Shown in pieces: positions 18,278-26,215 of a stretch of 64,000 nt of DNA; positions within the stretch are counted from its first letter, which is position 1, and the number at the start of each line of letters is the position of its first letter. Source of the stretch: a virus (Duplodnaviria; Heunggongvirae; Uroviricota; Caudoviricetes); the IMG/VR virus record IMGVR_UViG_3300042892_001069; one strand, written 5' to 3'. The position numbers and the translations under genes are program-made. The notes beneath the pieces are model-generated. The model saw only the letters and a program-made list of their open reading frames with translations. It was not told the DNA's origin and searched no databases.

Positions 18278-19131
18278 TAAGTTCCCCACTCATTTTTAAA
18301 TAGTGGCACTTGTAGTCTGTCACTATATCGTAAGCCATGTTTCATAGCCAATAATGCTACATTTTTATTATTCATTGCGTAGACACTTTCTACCCCGCCT
18401 ACTGGCATTAGATAAACATGTCCTTTAAAGCCAGCTTTTCGGAATTCAATAATTGCGTTTTGAGCATCGTTAAAGTCTTGTTCAGTGGCAATGACAAATT
18501 TCAAATATGCTGTGCCCACTTCTTCGTATTCACAAACTACTTCTGGAAGGATTGCTTCTTCCCACTTTTCTCCACTACATGGCAGTTTAGCACTTACACT
18601 AAATGTAAGTTCTCTGCCTACTACACTATTCCACTTTTTTAGGAATCCTTTAAACTCTGGAGTAAGTTTTTGAGTACCATTTGTTTCAAAAGTAATTTCT
18701 TTCAAATCACGCATCTTAGTATTGCTAATCAAGTCCGGATACGCACGTTGCCAACCTAGCAACGGTTCGCCACCTGTAATAACAAGATGTTCATATTCCC
18801 AATGATCCTGCGGAAGAATTTCCATAATACGATCGACAATAGCTTCGCTTGTAAGCATAGGCGATAAATCTTTAAAGTCTGGATGCCAACTGGCATAACT
18901 GTCACAGCCTGTACTGACTAACGGCAAGTCTTCATATTTTGTAAAAGGTGTAATCATAGTATGGGTTGCCGCAATATCAATTGCTTCGTGGCTCATTTCA
19001 CCGCGAGGCATACCAAAGCCACTACATTTAAAGTTACAGCCAAATGTGCGTAGAAATACAGACGGTACACCCATGTAGCGTCCTTCACCTTGGATGCTGT
19101 AAAACAGTTCCGCAATTTTAATTTTTGACAT
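18277..19131 (-). CDS. queE: 7-carboxy-7-deazaguanine synthase (radical SAM)
   Basis: ELFYSIQGEG...VFLRTFGCNFKC...GCDS, VITGGEPLL, FETNGT, SVSAKL, YSDRLQ. Confidence 0.9.
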   Translation of the reverse strand: MSKIKIAELFYSIQGEGRYMGVPSVFLRTFGCNFKCSGFGMPRGEMSHEAIDIAATHTMITPFTKYEDLPLVSTGCDSYASWHPDFKDLSPMLTSEAIVDRIMEILPQDHWEYEHLVITGGEPLLGWQRAYPDLISNTKMRDLKEITFETNGTQKLTPEFKGFLKKWNSVVGRELTFSVSAKLPCSGEKWEEAILPEVVCEYEEVGTAYLKFVIATEQDFNDAQNAIIEFRKAGFKGHVYLMPVGGVESVYAMNNKNVALLAMKHGLRYSDRLQVPLFKNEWGT

Positions 19132-19459
19132 GTTCTTTCCTAAATTCTTCTACATCACTAATTGCTAATTTTAATGTTTCTGCGTAGTTAAACGCACCTT
19201 GTTTTTTTAAACAAACAGTTGACTCTGTATCAATGTAGCCTTTAGCTAGTAAAGTCCATATATGATACCAACGTGTTTTAGACCAAAAGTTAGTCTTAGT
19301 TGTAGTATAGATGGTAACTGAAATGTCGTGGTCATCAGCTTCTACCCATACGTTGTGTTCGTGACCACTATCTCCACACTCGCATGTAACACGATATACT
19401 TTTGAGTCGCCCCAATCGTTATGTTTTAAGATACCCTCGGCCGGTAGTTGATAATTCAT
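19118..19459 (-). CDS. hypothetical protein with CxC...H motif
   Basis: Start MNYQLP, ATGA-coupled; VTCECGDSGHEH. Confidence 0.55.
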   Translation of the reverse strand: MNYQLPAEGILKHNDWGDSKVYRVTCECGDSGHEHNVWVEADDHDISVTIYTTTKTNFWSKTRWYHIWTLLAKGYIDTESTVCLKKQGAFNYAETLKLAISDVEEFRKEHVKN

Positions 19460-19674
19460 TCTACGTCCTCTCCAAACCATTCATCAACCATTTGTTCTGC
19501 TTCGGCTTGTGTAAGTGCCGGCACAAAAATTCTAGCATTTTGCCCAACAGTATGTTGAATATTAAATTTTACAACTCCTGCCGGAATACCGTTAAATTCA
19601 CGTTCTACAATAAATTCTTGTAAATTCTTTGCTCTATGAATTAGTTGAGCAGTTAAATCTTTTGCAGTTGTCAT
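19456..19674 (-). CDS. hypothetical protein
   Basis: Coupled to the folE stop. Confidence 0.55.
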   Translation of the reverse strand: MTTAKDLTAQLIHRAKNLQEFIVEREFNGIPAGVVKFNIQHTVGQNARIFVPALTQAEAEQMVDEWFGEDVE

Positions 19675-20369
19675 CTTGAATACTCCTGTTGTAGTTTAAT
19701 ATTATCAAAGAATTCTTTCTTTGTGCCCTGGTCGGTATTAAAGGAACCACGAAGAACTGTAGTTTGTGTTAAACTACTATGCGCCATAATACCTCTATTC
19801 TCACAACATCCGTGAGTTGCTTGTATATAGACAGCTACATTATCACTATCAGTTGCTTTTTGAATTTCTCTAGCAATATCGTTACACAGTTCTTCTTGTA
19901 AAGTACCACGACGAGCGCACCACTGTGCTATTCGAGTGTATTTGCTTAATCCAATTAATTTATTAGCGGCAATGATTCCGATATAAGCAACGCCAGACAC
20001 AGGCTGGTGATGATGACTACACATACTACGAAGCTCACTTCTAACCACAAGCATACCTTCATAGCGGTCCGATGAATCATTTGGAAAAGCTGTTGCGTCT
20101 GGTGGTGTTTCATATCTACCTGCCATTATTTCGTTAAAATACATTTTAGCAAGCCTGCGGGCTGTACCTTTACTGTTTGGATCGTTTTCTCGATCAATAA
20201 GCAACGTATCTAGCACATGTTCAAATGCTTCGGTTGCTTCATTAATAAGTTGTTCTTTGTATTCATCGCGAATGTATTCGCTAATGTTATCACCGGCCCA
20301 AAATCGTTTGTTATCAGACTTCATGGTCTGGCGAAGGGCTTGTGCTAAATTTTTACTTGTGTCTGACAT
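19671..20369 (-). CDS. folE: GTP cyclohydrolase I
   Basis: DPNSKGTARRLAK, SMCSHHHQP, IGLSKYTR, LQEEL, HGCCENRG, TTVLRG. Confidence 0.95.
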   Translation of the reverse strand: MSDTSKNLAQALRQTMKSDNKRFWAGDNISEYIRDEYKEQLINEATEAFEHVLDTLLIDRENDPNSKGTARRLAKMYFNEIMAGRYETPPDATAFPNDSSDRYEGMLVVRSELRSMCSHHHQPVSGVAYIGIIAANKLIGLSKYTRIAQWCARRGTLQEELCNDIAREIQKATDSDNVAVYIQATHGCCENRGIMAHSSLTQTTVLRGSFNTDQGTKKEFFDNIKLQQEYSR

Positions 20370-20419
20370 TTAATCTCCGATGTTAAGGCAGTGGATTGCC
20401 ATATGTGTATTATACAATC

Positions 20420-20644
20420 TTATTTAGGTTGTTGTATATCTTTTTGAATACTTTGTATTCTAGCTTGCCTACACGCTTCTCGCATTTCTGTAGTAAAGTC
20501 TGGACTTATTTCCGAAATACTACAATTGATCCAAACTCCGTCGGATTTTTTTGGTAGTGTTAAAAACATTATTGGTATAACTATTAAAAACACAATAATA
20601 CCTACTGCTATTTTTATATTTTCTCGCTTAGTAATATTTGACAT
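20420..20644 (-). CDS. small membrane protein
   Basis: One N-terminal hydrophobic helix followed by a two-Cys soluble part. Confidence 0.55.
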   Translation of the reverse strand: MSNITKRENIKIAVGIIVFLIVIPIMFLTLPKKSDGVWINCSISEISPDFTTEMREACRQARIQSIQKDIQQPK

Positions 20645-20871
20645 AAATCAGCATCTCTCTTTGATTTGAAATAAAATTCTAGTTTTTCGTCACTTGGGTG
20701 ACTAGTAAATTTGCCGCCGGGTAATCCAAATACTTCTAACACATCTATACATGCTTCATTCCACCAATAGTTGGCTTGTCCTTTCCAAGGAATTGCCACA
20801 ACATATTGATATCCTTCGTCACGGGCCGGAATTCGGCTGTCCCAGTTAGCATGTTTCTTACTTCCTCGCAT
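20614..20871 (-). CDS. hypothetical protein
   Basis: Likely start MRGSKK; overlaps the HIT gene end. Confidence 0.5.
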   Translation of the reverse strand: MRGSKKHANWDSRIPARDEGYQYVVAIPWKGQANYWWNEACIDVLEVFGLPGGKFTSHPSDEKLEFYFKSKRDADLCQILLSEKI

Positions 20872-21232
20872 AATTGCCTTTTTCTGGAATAACATGCCGA
20901 ACGCCGCCACGGGGATCTTCCATATCTCCCTTGCGTCGAGGAATCATATGTACATGTGGATACATTACTGTTTGGCCAGCCGCTTCTCCAACGTTTTGTC
21001 CAACGTTAAATGCGTCCCATCGGTTTGATTCAATGCCGTCGAACCCAAATTTGTAAGCGGCCTTATAACATTCCCAAAGGTTAGGCCCGCTAGTACTAGT
21101 AGGTACAAATAACAAATGACCGGCAGTCACTGGGTACGCATCTTTAAATACCCAAAAGTCTTTTGCTCGGTATTCTATTTCAGTCCACGGTGCCCGACGT
21201 TCGTCAAGGGCTTGTTCTAGATCTGTTCTCAT
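20858..21232 (-). CDS. HIT-family nucleotide hydrolase
   Basis: DAYPVTAGHLLFVP, FNVGQNVGEAAGQTV, YPHVHMIPR (first triad His replaced). Confidence 0.85.
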   Translation of the reverse strand: MRTDLEQALDERRAPWTEIEYRAKDFWVFKDAYPVTAGHLLFVPTSTSGPNLWECYKAAYKFGFDGIESNRWDAFNVGQNVGEAAGQTVMYPHVHMIPRRKGDMEDPRGGVRHVIPEKGNYARK

Positions 21233-21386
21233 CTTCTAAAAATTTAATTTCGTCTTTAATATAATCACGATATTCTGTAAGTACTCCTAATTTCCTGCCA
21301 GAGTCGCCCATTGATCTAAGAGTTTCTAAATCTTGATCTATAATTTTTAGTTTTTCTTTAAGATTTTCTATGGTCAAGTCGCTCAT
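21204..21386 (-). CDS. small coiled-coil hypothetical protein
   Basis: 60-aa coupled ORF. Confidence 0.5.
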   Translation of the reverse strand: MSDLTIENLKEKLKIIDQDLETLRSMGDSGRKLGVLTEYRDYIKDEIKFLEDENRSRTSP

Positions 21387-21580
21387 TTGCTAGTTCCAAA
21401 TCGTAAGCCGCTAGCACTACCTAGCAGAATTGCAAATGCCGCCCAAGTTTCCCAGGTGTATGGAATGTGTAGTATAGGAAATAGTGTGTTTAAACTCCAT
21501 ATACCTAACAGCGGTCCGATAGCAATAGCAAATACTATTAGAATAATACCTAAAATTAATTTAATTAATGCTGAGGTCAT
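21383..21580 (-). CDS. small two-helix membrane protein
   Basis: Start MTSALIK, ATGA-coupled to the PRTase stop; two hydrophobic segments. Confidence 0.6.
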   Translation of the reverse strand: MTSALIKLILGIILIVFAIAIGPLLGIWSLNTLFPILHIPYTWETWAAFAILLGSASGLRFGTSK

Positions 21581-22095
21581 AACCAAAAATCCTCCCAAGG
21601 ATAAACTAACCAACAATCTTCTTCTGCTTTGTTAACTTCCCATACTGTATAGTCAACTTCTTCATTACTGGCCGTATTGGTTGTAAGCGTGGCAAATTTA
21701 ACATTATAACCCCATACAAAGTTCCAACGTTCATCATTTGGTAAACACACTGACTGCCAGTCTTGTTTGATCCAAGCAATAGTAGAACCTTGATCGTTAA
21801 TATCGTCAACAATTAAAATATTTTTACACAAGGGATCGCCGACATTTGCGGCATTATAACCAAATGCGTCTTCAGCCATTCCACAATTAGTAACAGTATC
21901 ACCGCCATCTCGTAGACTTACATCTAATGACTTCATTGGCACATCTAAATATTGACTAAGCAATACGGCAGGAACTAGCCCACCACGAGTAAGACCTACA
22001 ATATAATCAGGGCGCCAGTTGCTATTGTTAATTTGTCTAGCAATGTCCAAACAAGCGCCTTCTACTTGTTGCCAAGTATAATAAACTTTTTTCAT
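21577..22095 (-). CDS. type I phosphoribosyltransferase, xanthine/guanine (Gpt)-like
   Basis: YTWQQV, IVGLTRGGLVPA, PRPP-binding loop ILIVDDINDQGST, WLVYPWE. Confidence 0.85.
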   Translation of the reverse strand: MKKVYYTWQQVEGACLDIARQINNSNWRPDYIVGLTRGGLVPAVLLSQYLDVPMKSLDVSLRDGGDTVTNCGMAEDAFGYNAANVGDPLCKNILIVDDINDQGSTIAWIKQDWQSVCLPNDERWNFVWGYNVKFATLTTNTASNEEVDYTVWEVNKAEEDCWLVYPWEDFWL

Positions 22096-22328
22096 GCTGT
22101 TAAACTGTTCGCTAACGTTTGTAATTCTTCTTTAGTCATAAAGAAATTGTAAGTTTGACTATCGGCAACTTTGCCGTCTTTTAAACTTTCTTGAATAATA
22201 TCAAGACTAAACAGACCTTTAGGACTGAGTACTTCATGTTTTACTGTACGTACACGAAAACCTTCGTTTTCTTTAATTGTCATTTCTTTGCGTGTATGCG
22301 CAACTGATTCATGTAGTTCCATTTTCAT
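22092..22328 (-). CDS. hypothetical protein
   Basis: GGAG RBS before MKMELHE; coupled to the PRTase start. Confidence 0.55.
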   Translation of the reverse strand: MKMELHESVAHTRKEMTIKENEGFRVRTVKHEVLSPKGLFSLDIIQESLKDGKVADSQTYNFFMTKEELQTLANSLTA

Positions 22329-22734
22329 CTCCTTTAATCGCTTCAAATGTTCTATACTTACCCAAAGCTGTGATGTATTCATCATACAACTTCTTTAGCT
22401 TTGGATGTTTAGCTTCTAGTTTAACATCTCGTTCGGGAATAGTCAACACCCGTTCAATTGTGTTTAGCCGTTCTTCTAAGTCTTGCCCGTTAAGGACCAA
22501 GTTACCTTTAATGTCTACTGTTGGAGGATTGGTTTGATTAATTCTGATAGCTTCGTTCGGAACAGTAGTACCAGTAGTCCATGTATTTGTATAGCTTGTA
22601 CCATTACTACCAGAGGACGTTAACAACTGTCCTGCGGTACTGTTAGTAGTGTAAACTTTACCAACAGTCAACGGAGGTATTGCACCATACCCGGGACTAA
22701 CCGTGCTGTTTACGGGTTTCAAGATAGTTGTCAT
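22309..22734 (-). CDS. hypothetical S/T-rich protein
   Basis: Low-complexity N-terminus; C-terminal HPKLKKLYDEY helix resembles that of 23142..23513. Confidence 0.55.
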   Translation of the reverse strand: MTTILKPVNSTVSPGYGAIPPLTVGKVYTTNSTAGQLLTSSGSNGTSYTNTWTTGTTVPNEAIRINQTNPPTVDIKGNLVLNGQDLEERLNTIERVLTIPERDVKLEAKHPKLKKLYDEYITALGKYRTFEAIKGDENGTT

Positions 22735-23182
22735 TATGAATCCATTTGTTATCAACAAGAAATCCCCACTCTCGTTTTTGCGGACCCGGCATAAACAATG
22801 TCCAAGCAGTTACCCCTTCTTTTAATTCAATCCGGTGATAGCTGTTTGGATTACACACTCGGAAATGACCAGGCGCTCGCCAATATTTAATTTCGTTAAC
22901 CTTTTCGCCAATTGTGTTAAACACAGGAACCCATTCATAATAGCCACCACTTAATATTAATGTAGCATACGGCCACGGATGATCATGGACGTCATCGGGA
23001 TCACCTTTTAGGAATTTATGAAGGAATACATTAAATGGAAAACGTTTACGATCTTTAAGAAACAAGTAGTATCGTTCTAAGTATGGCTCGTTACATATCC
23101 TATCCATAATGACAAGTTTACGGCCTCGTTTATCTAGCCAGTTAAGGCTTAGCTCTTTTATCTTTTGGAGTATCATAATCAT
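22697..23182 (-). CDS. cupin-fold protein
   Basis: Cupin metal motifs LHKF...HDHPW...GGYYE and YHRIEL...WTLF. Confidence 0.75.
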   Translation of the reverse strand: MIMILQKIKELSLNWLDKRGRKLVIMDRICNEPYLERYYLFLKDRKRFPFNVFLHKFLKGDPDDVHDHPWPYATLILSGGYYEWVPVFNTIGEKVNEIKYWRAPGHFRVCNPNSYHRIELKEGVTAWTLFMPGPQKREWGFLVDNKWIHNDNYLETRKQHG

Positions 23183-23513
23183 CTTTTACAAGTTTATAAA
23201 CAGTTTTAAATTTATCAAACGCTATTCGCAATCCTGGGTATTCTTGACACATCTTTTCTACTCTATCCCACTCAGGAAATGTATTAACCCATTCTTCGGG
23301 CAAACTGATCTTAAACGTATCACATGTTGATATTGATGATATTGATGATATTGATGATATAGTACCTGACCCTATACTAATAGTTGGGGAGGAGTTACTA
23401 TATGAATAACTGGTAGTGTTGGATGGAAAAGTTATAGTTCCAACACTACTAGTTAATGTAATAGTATCATCTAATGTTATCGAGTAAGTGTCTTGCGCTG
23501 AAGAATTGTTCAT
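23142..23513 (-). CDS. hypothetical S/T-rich protein
   Basis: Likely start MNNSS; C-terminal YPGLRIAFDKF helix. Confidence 0.5.
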   Translation of the reverse strand: MNNSSAQDTYSITLDDTITLTSSVGTITFPSNTTSYSYSNSSPTISIGSGTISSISSISSISTCDTFKISLPEEWVNTFPEWDRVEKMCQEYPGLRIAFDKFKTVYKLVKDDYDTPKDKRAKP

Positions 23514-24564
23514 GTAATGCCTCCACTTGTTTTTGTATTTGTGGCAATCTAGTATTATAGTTATCCATGTGTTGAATAATAGCAAAACACAAATTTGAAC
23601 GCCATATTTTGTATGCTTCAAAATTTTCAGTCCACGCACTAGGATACTTAAATGTATCAAATGCCATCTCACTGTAACTGAGTCTATCTGGTACCAATGG
23701 GATAGCATCTACCACTGCACCCTCATACCAACTAATGCCTAGAGTTTCTTGTAGGTTAGCACTGAAGACCATCTTAGCTTGACCTAGTAATGTATGATAC
23801 TCATGCTTAGTAAGTTGCGTATCTTGACAAACAACAAACTCATATTGCGGCAGATGTTTAGCCAAGTCTCTAAAAATTTCAACTTGTTTCTCTGGAGCAA
23901 TACGGTGCGGAAACAAGATCATGTCTCGTTTCTTCATGCCTTTATAAGGAGCAAGTGTATCTTGGAAATACTCCATAGGCCAACCGGTACGTACGATCTT
24001 TGGTTCTTCACCTTTTAAGATTTCGTCAAGGTGCTCACTAAACCAAGGATTTTCTGTAGGATAATCATTTAGTAAATTTGTATAGAACATTTTAATATGG
24101 AAATCTGTGGCAAAGTAGTTGTGGTCAAATGCGTGAAAGAAACTCTTCTCAGCATTTCTAACCCAAGGCTTGTTGCCAACAAGACGACCTAAGAAGTCTT
24201 GCGGATCATAACTGCCAGCATGCCATAAGCCGTGTGTTGTTACTGGAATGCCCAGCAGTTCACTCATGTACTTTAAGTTTATGATACCAGGATGCCAAGC
24301 ATCAGTAAAGATAAAGTGATCGCCGGGATGAACGGATCCGTTACAAAATAACCGACCCATCTGTTCAACTTGACTAGCCTTGTAGATATTAGTGCCGCCA
24401 AAGTTGAGAAATGCCCCAGGAGTGGTAGCACTAGGAATGTCCGTAGGACCTGATATAATGTTGACATGGTGTCCAGCCTTTATAAGTAACTCCGGTACAT
24501 GAGTCTTCCACTGACCTGTGTACCGGGTGTCTACTGCTTCTAAATCAACGAGGAAAACAGTCAT
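23467..24564 (-). CDS. GT-B fold glycosyltransferase (GT4-like)
   Basis: FPHRIAPEKQ and ETLGISWYEG...PLVPDR match the GT-B C-terminal motifs (R...K; E-x7-E). Confidence 0.75.
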   Translation of the reverse strand: MTVFLVDLEAVDTRYTGQWKTHVPELLIKAGHHVNIISGPTDIPSATTPGAFLNFGGTNIYKASQVEQMGRLFCNGSVHPGDHFIFTDAWHPGIINLKYMSELLGIPVTTHGLWHAGSYDPQDFLGRLVGNKPWVRNAEKSFFHAFDHNYFATDFHIKMFYTNLLNDYPTENPWFSEHLDEILKGEEPKIVRTGWPMEYFQDTLAPYKGMKKRDMILFPHRIAPEKQVEIFRDLAKHLPQYEFVVCQDTQLTKHEYHTLLGQAKMVFSANLQETLGISWYEGAVVDAIPLVPDRLSYSEMAFDTFKYPSAWTENFEAYKIWRSNLCFAIIQHMDNYNTRLPQIQKQVEALHEQFFSARHLLDNIR

Positions 24565-24821
24565 TAACTTTCTTGTCTGTTATATGCTGGGCGCGGATTT
24601 TTGCCCAAATACGGCTTACGTTCACCATTCCAAGGCTTACGTGGGCGTGTGCTACGTTCATAAGATTGCCAAACCTTTGCACCTCTATTATAAAGATCTG
24701 CCTCGTTAAACGGCAACATCTCAATGCGACAGAAATCTAACAATTTTTCAAGATCATCAAAGATCCGAACAACGTCAGGGCGATTTTCAAAATATGCGTA
24801 GTCTTTGTAATTCTTAGCCAT
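24564..24821 (-). CDS. hypothetical protein
   Basis: 85-aa ORF, TAATG-coupled. Confidence 0.55.
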   Translation of the reverse strand: MAKNYKDYAYFENRPDVVRIFDDLEKLLDFCRIEMLPFNEADLYNRGAKVWQSYERSTRPRKPWNGERKPYLGKNPRPAYNRQES

Positions 24822-24836
24822 AATAGCCTCTTCTAG

Positions 24837-25226
24837 TTAGTACTTAATAAATGAACCATTTTCTCCGTCTTCGGAGACCTCAATCCAAACCTCACGGCCC
24901 GGATACTTATTGGAGATAGTGTCATACAAATCACCTGACATCATCTCACAACTTTTGTAGTCTAGTTGGAGTGTACCTTCTGCGTACAGTTTTTCCAACC
25001 AGCGTTTAAACTGAATGAATTCGATATCTCGATCATCGTGTGTAACACCAATCCAAACTTTAAAGTGGAAGATGTGACGATGCGGATAGCCTAGGAAACT
25101 TACGTCATACTCATCACCTGTGGCAAGTGTGGGATCTGTAAGTGCGGCTGGATATTTGTGGATGCCTTCTTTGCGAAAGGTTACCCAAATCATTTTGTTT
25201 GGTCTAATGTCTTGTCGAATATTCAT
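24837..25226 (-). CDS. QueD-like T-fold protein (LxxxHRHxF variant)
   Basis: LGYPHRHIFHF, DRDIEFIQFK, SCEM, EVSEDGENG; lacks the canonical QueD CxxxHGH; start MNIRQ is ATGA-coupled. Confidence 0.8.
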   Translation of the reverse strand: MNIRQDIRPNKMIWVTFRKEGIHKYPAALTDPTLATGDEYDVSFLGYPHRHIFHFKVWIGVTHDDRDIEFIQFKRWLEKLYAEGTLQLDYKSCEMMSGDLYDTISNKYPGREVWIEVSEDGENGSFIKY

Positions 25227-25459
25227 GTGATGATTAATCCTGATATATAAATTGCAGTTAAAATTGTATTTAGAGCTACTAGACTCCACCTCTTCCATAA
25301 CACACACATGATAGCTATTCCGCCGTTACCAACGATGAAGAACCATTTGTTAAGCGGGTATATGTCATATGCTGTTAGTACGGCTCCAACTACAACAATG
25401 CTTGGGAATATCCACTCCCAAATAATACTAGTATGTTGAGTATCTTGTTTGATAATCAT
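25223..25459 (-). CDS. small three-helix membrane protein
   Basis: Three hydrophobic segments, with a GAVLTAYDIYPLN motif. Confidence 0.6.
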   Translation of the reverse strand: MIIKQDTQHTSIIWEWIFPSIVVVGAVLTAYDIYPLNKWFFIVGNGGIAIMCVLWKRWSLVALNTILTAIYISGLIIT

Positions 25460-25980
25460 TTTAATATTTTATCGTTTTTGTAGGCTGTCCAGGGTGTGAA
25501 CTTGCTACGGTCTTTGAGAGTGTGTAGACTATGTGACCACACACCGGGATTAGTAGCGTTAAAATCTTTGTCATCAATTTTAAGCATTGTATTATAATTC
25601 CACAATTTAATATATGGAATTGGAACTCTTATCTGCGGAATAAAGTTGTTATGCTCATTCAATCCACCGTCATTAAATTCTTCTACTGCGCTTAGTGGAA
25701 TATCAAGACTACATAGGTAGCCTTCGCCTAGGAAATACTCAATCATATCTTCCCAACGTTTCCAGCCAGTATAGTCGTTAAATGCGGGATTAAAACTGTG
25801 GTTAGCACCAAAGAAGATATGCTCACAATCATTACCGATAGCATGAAAAGCAATTTGATCAATTTCTTGAACTCCAGTAACAAATAGAGTTTTTAATCCG
25901 TAAGCAGGTGTATGTTCAATTTCAGTGCCAATAAAAAATGAAACTGTTTCGCTTACACCTGTAGTATAATCACGCTTCAT
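25456..25980 (-). CDS. hypothetical protein in deazaguanine locus
   Basis: Start MKRDYTTG; GTEIEHTPAYGLKTLFV, HIFFGANHSF, GVWSH. Confidence 0.65.
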   Translation of the reverse strand: MKRDYTTGVSETVSFFIGTEIEHTPAYGLKTLFVTGVQEIDQIAFHAIGNDCEHIFFGANHSFNPAFNDYTGWKRWEDMIEYFLGEGYLCSLDIPLSAVEEFNDGGLNEHNNFIPQIRVPIPYIKLWNYNTMLKIDDKDFNATNPGVWSHSLHTLKDRSKFTPWTAYKNDKILK

Positions 25981-26215
25981 TCTTTTTACCTTCTTCGTAT
26001 TTTTTAACCATTCGAAATACATCTTCCATTCGTTCAGCAAATATATCCGGACTAGTCTGCGCAGTTTTACTCATATCGTATTCACTAGGGTAGTGACGCA
26101 GGCAACTTCTAGCTCGGTCTTTAATTGCTTTTGGAACTCGCGGAGTAGTTAGAATCTCTAGTAGAAACCTTTGAGTCTGAACTACTGCTCGATATCTTTC
26201 GTCTGGTAATGTCAT
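25970..26215 (-). CDS. hypothetical protein
   Basis: MTLPDERYRAV...LRHYP; coupled to the TGT-like gene. Confidence 0.6.
   Translation of the reverse strand: MTLPDERYRAVVQTQRFLLEILTTPRVPKAIKDRARSCLRHYPSEYDMSKTAQTSPDIFAERMEDVFRMVKKYEEGKKNEA

Noticed and set aside
20387-20400. Small hairpin GGCA-GTGGAT-TGCC in the folE leader as a possible preQ1 riboswitch
   Set aside because: Only a 4-bp stem; it lacks the preQ1-I loop consensus and the A-rich 3' tail.
21577-22095. PRTase as the Nampt arm of an NAD+ reconstitution pathway with the HIGH-motif domain
   Set aside because: It is a 172-aa type I, Gpt-like PRTase, not a large type II nicotinamide PRTase.
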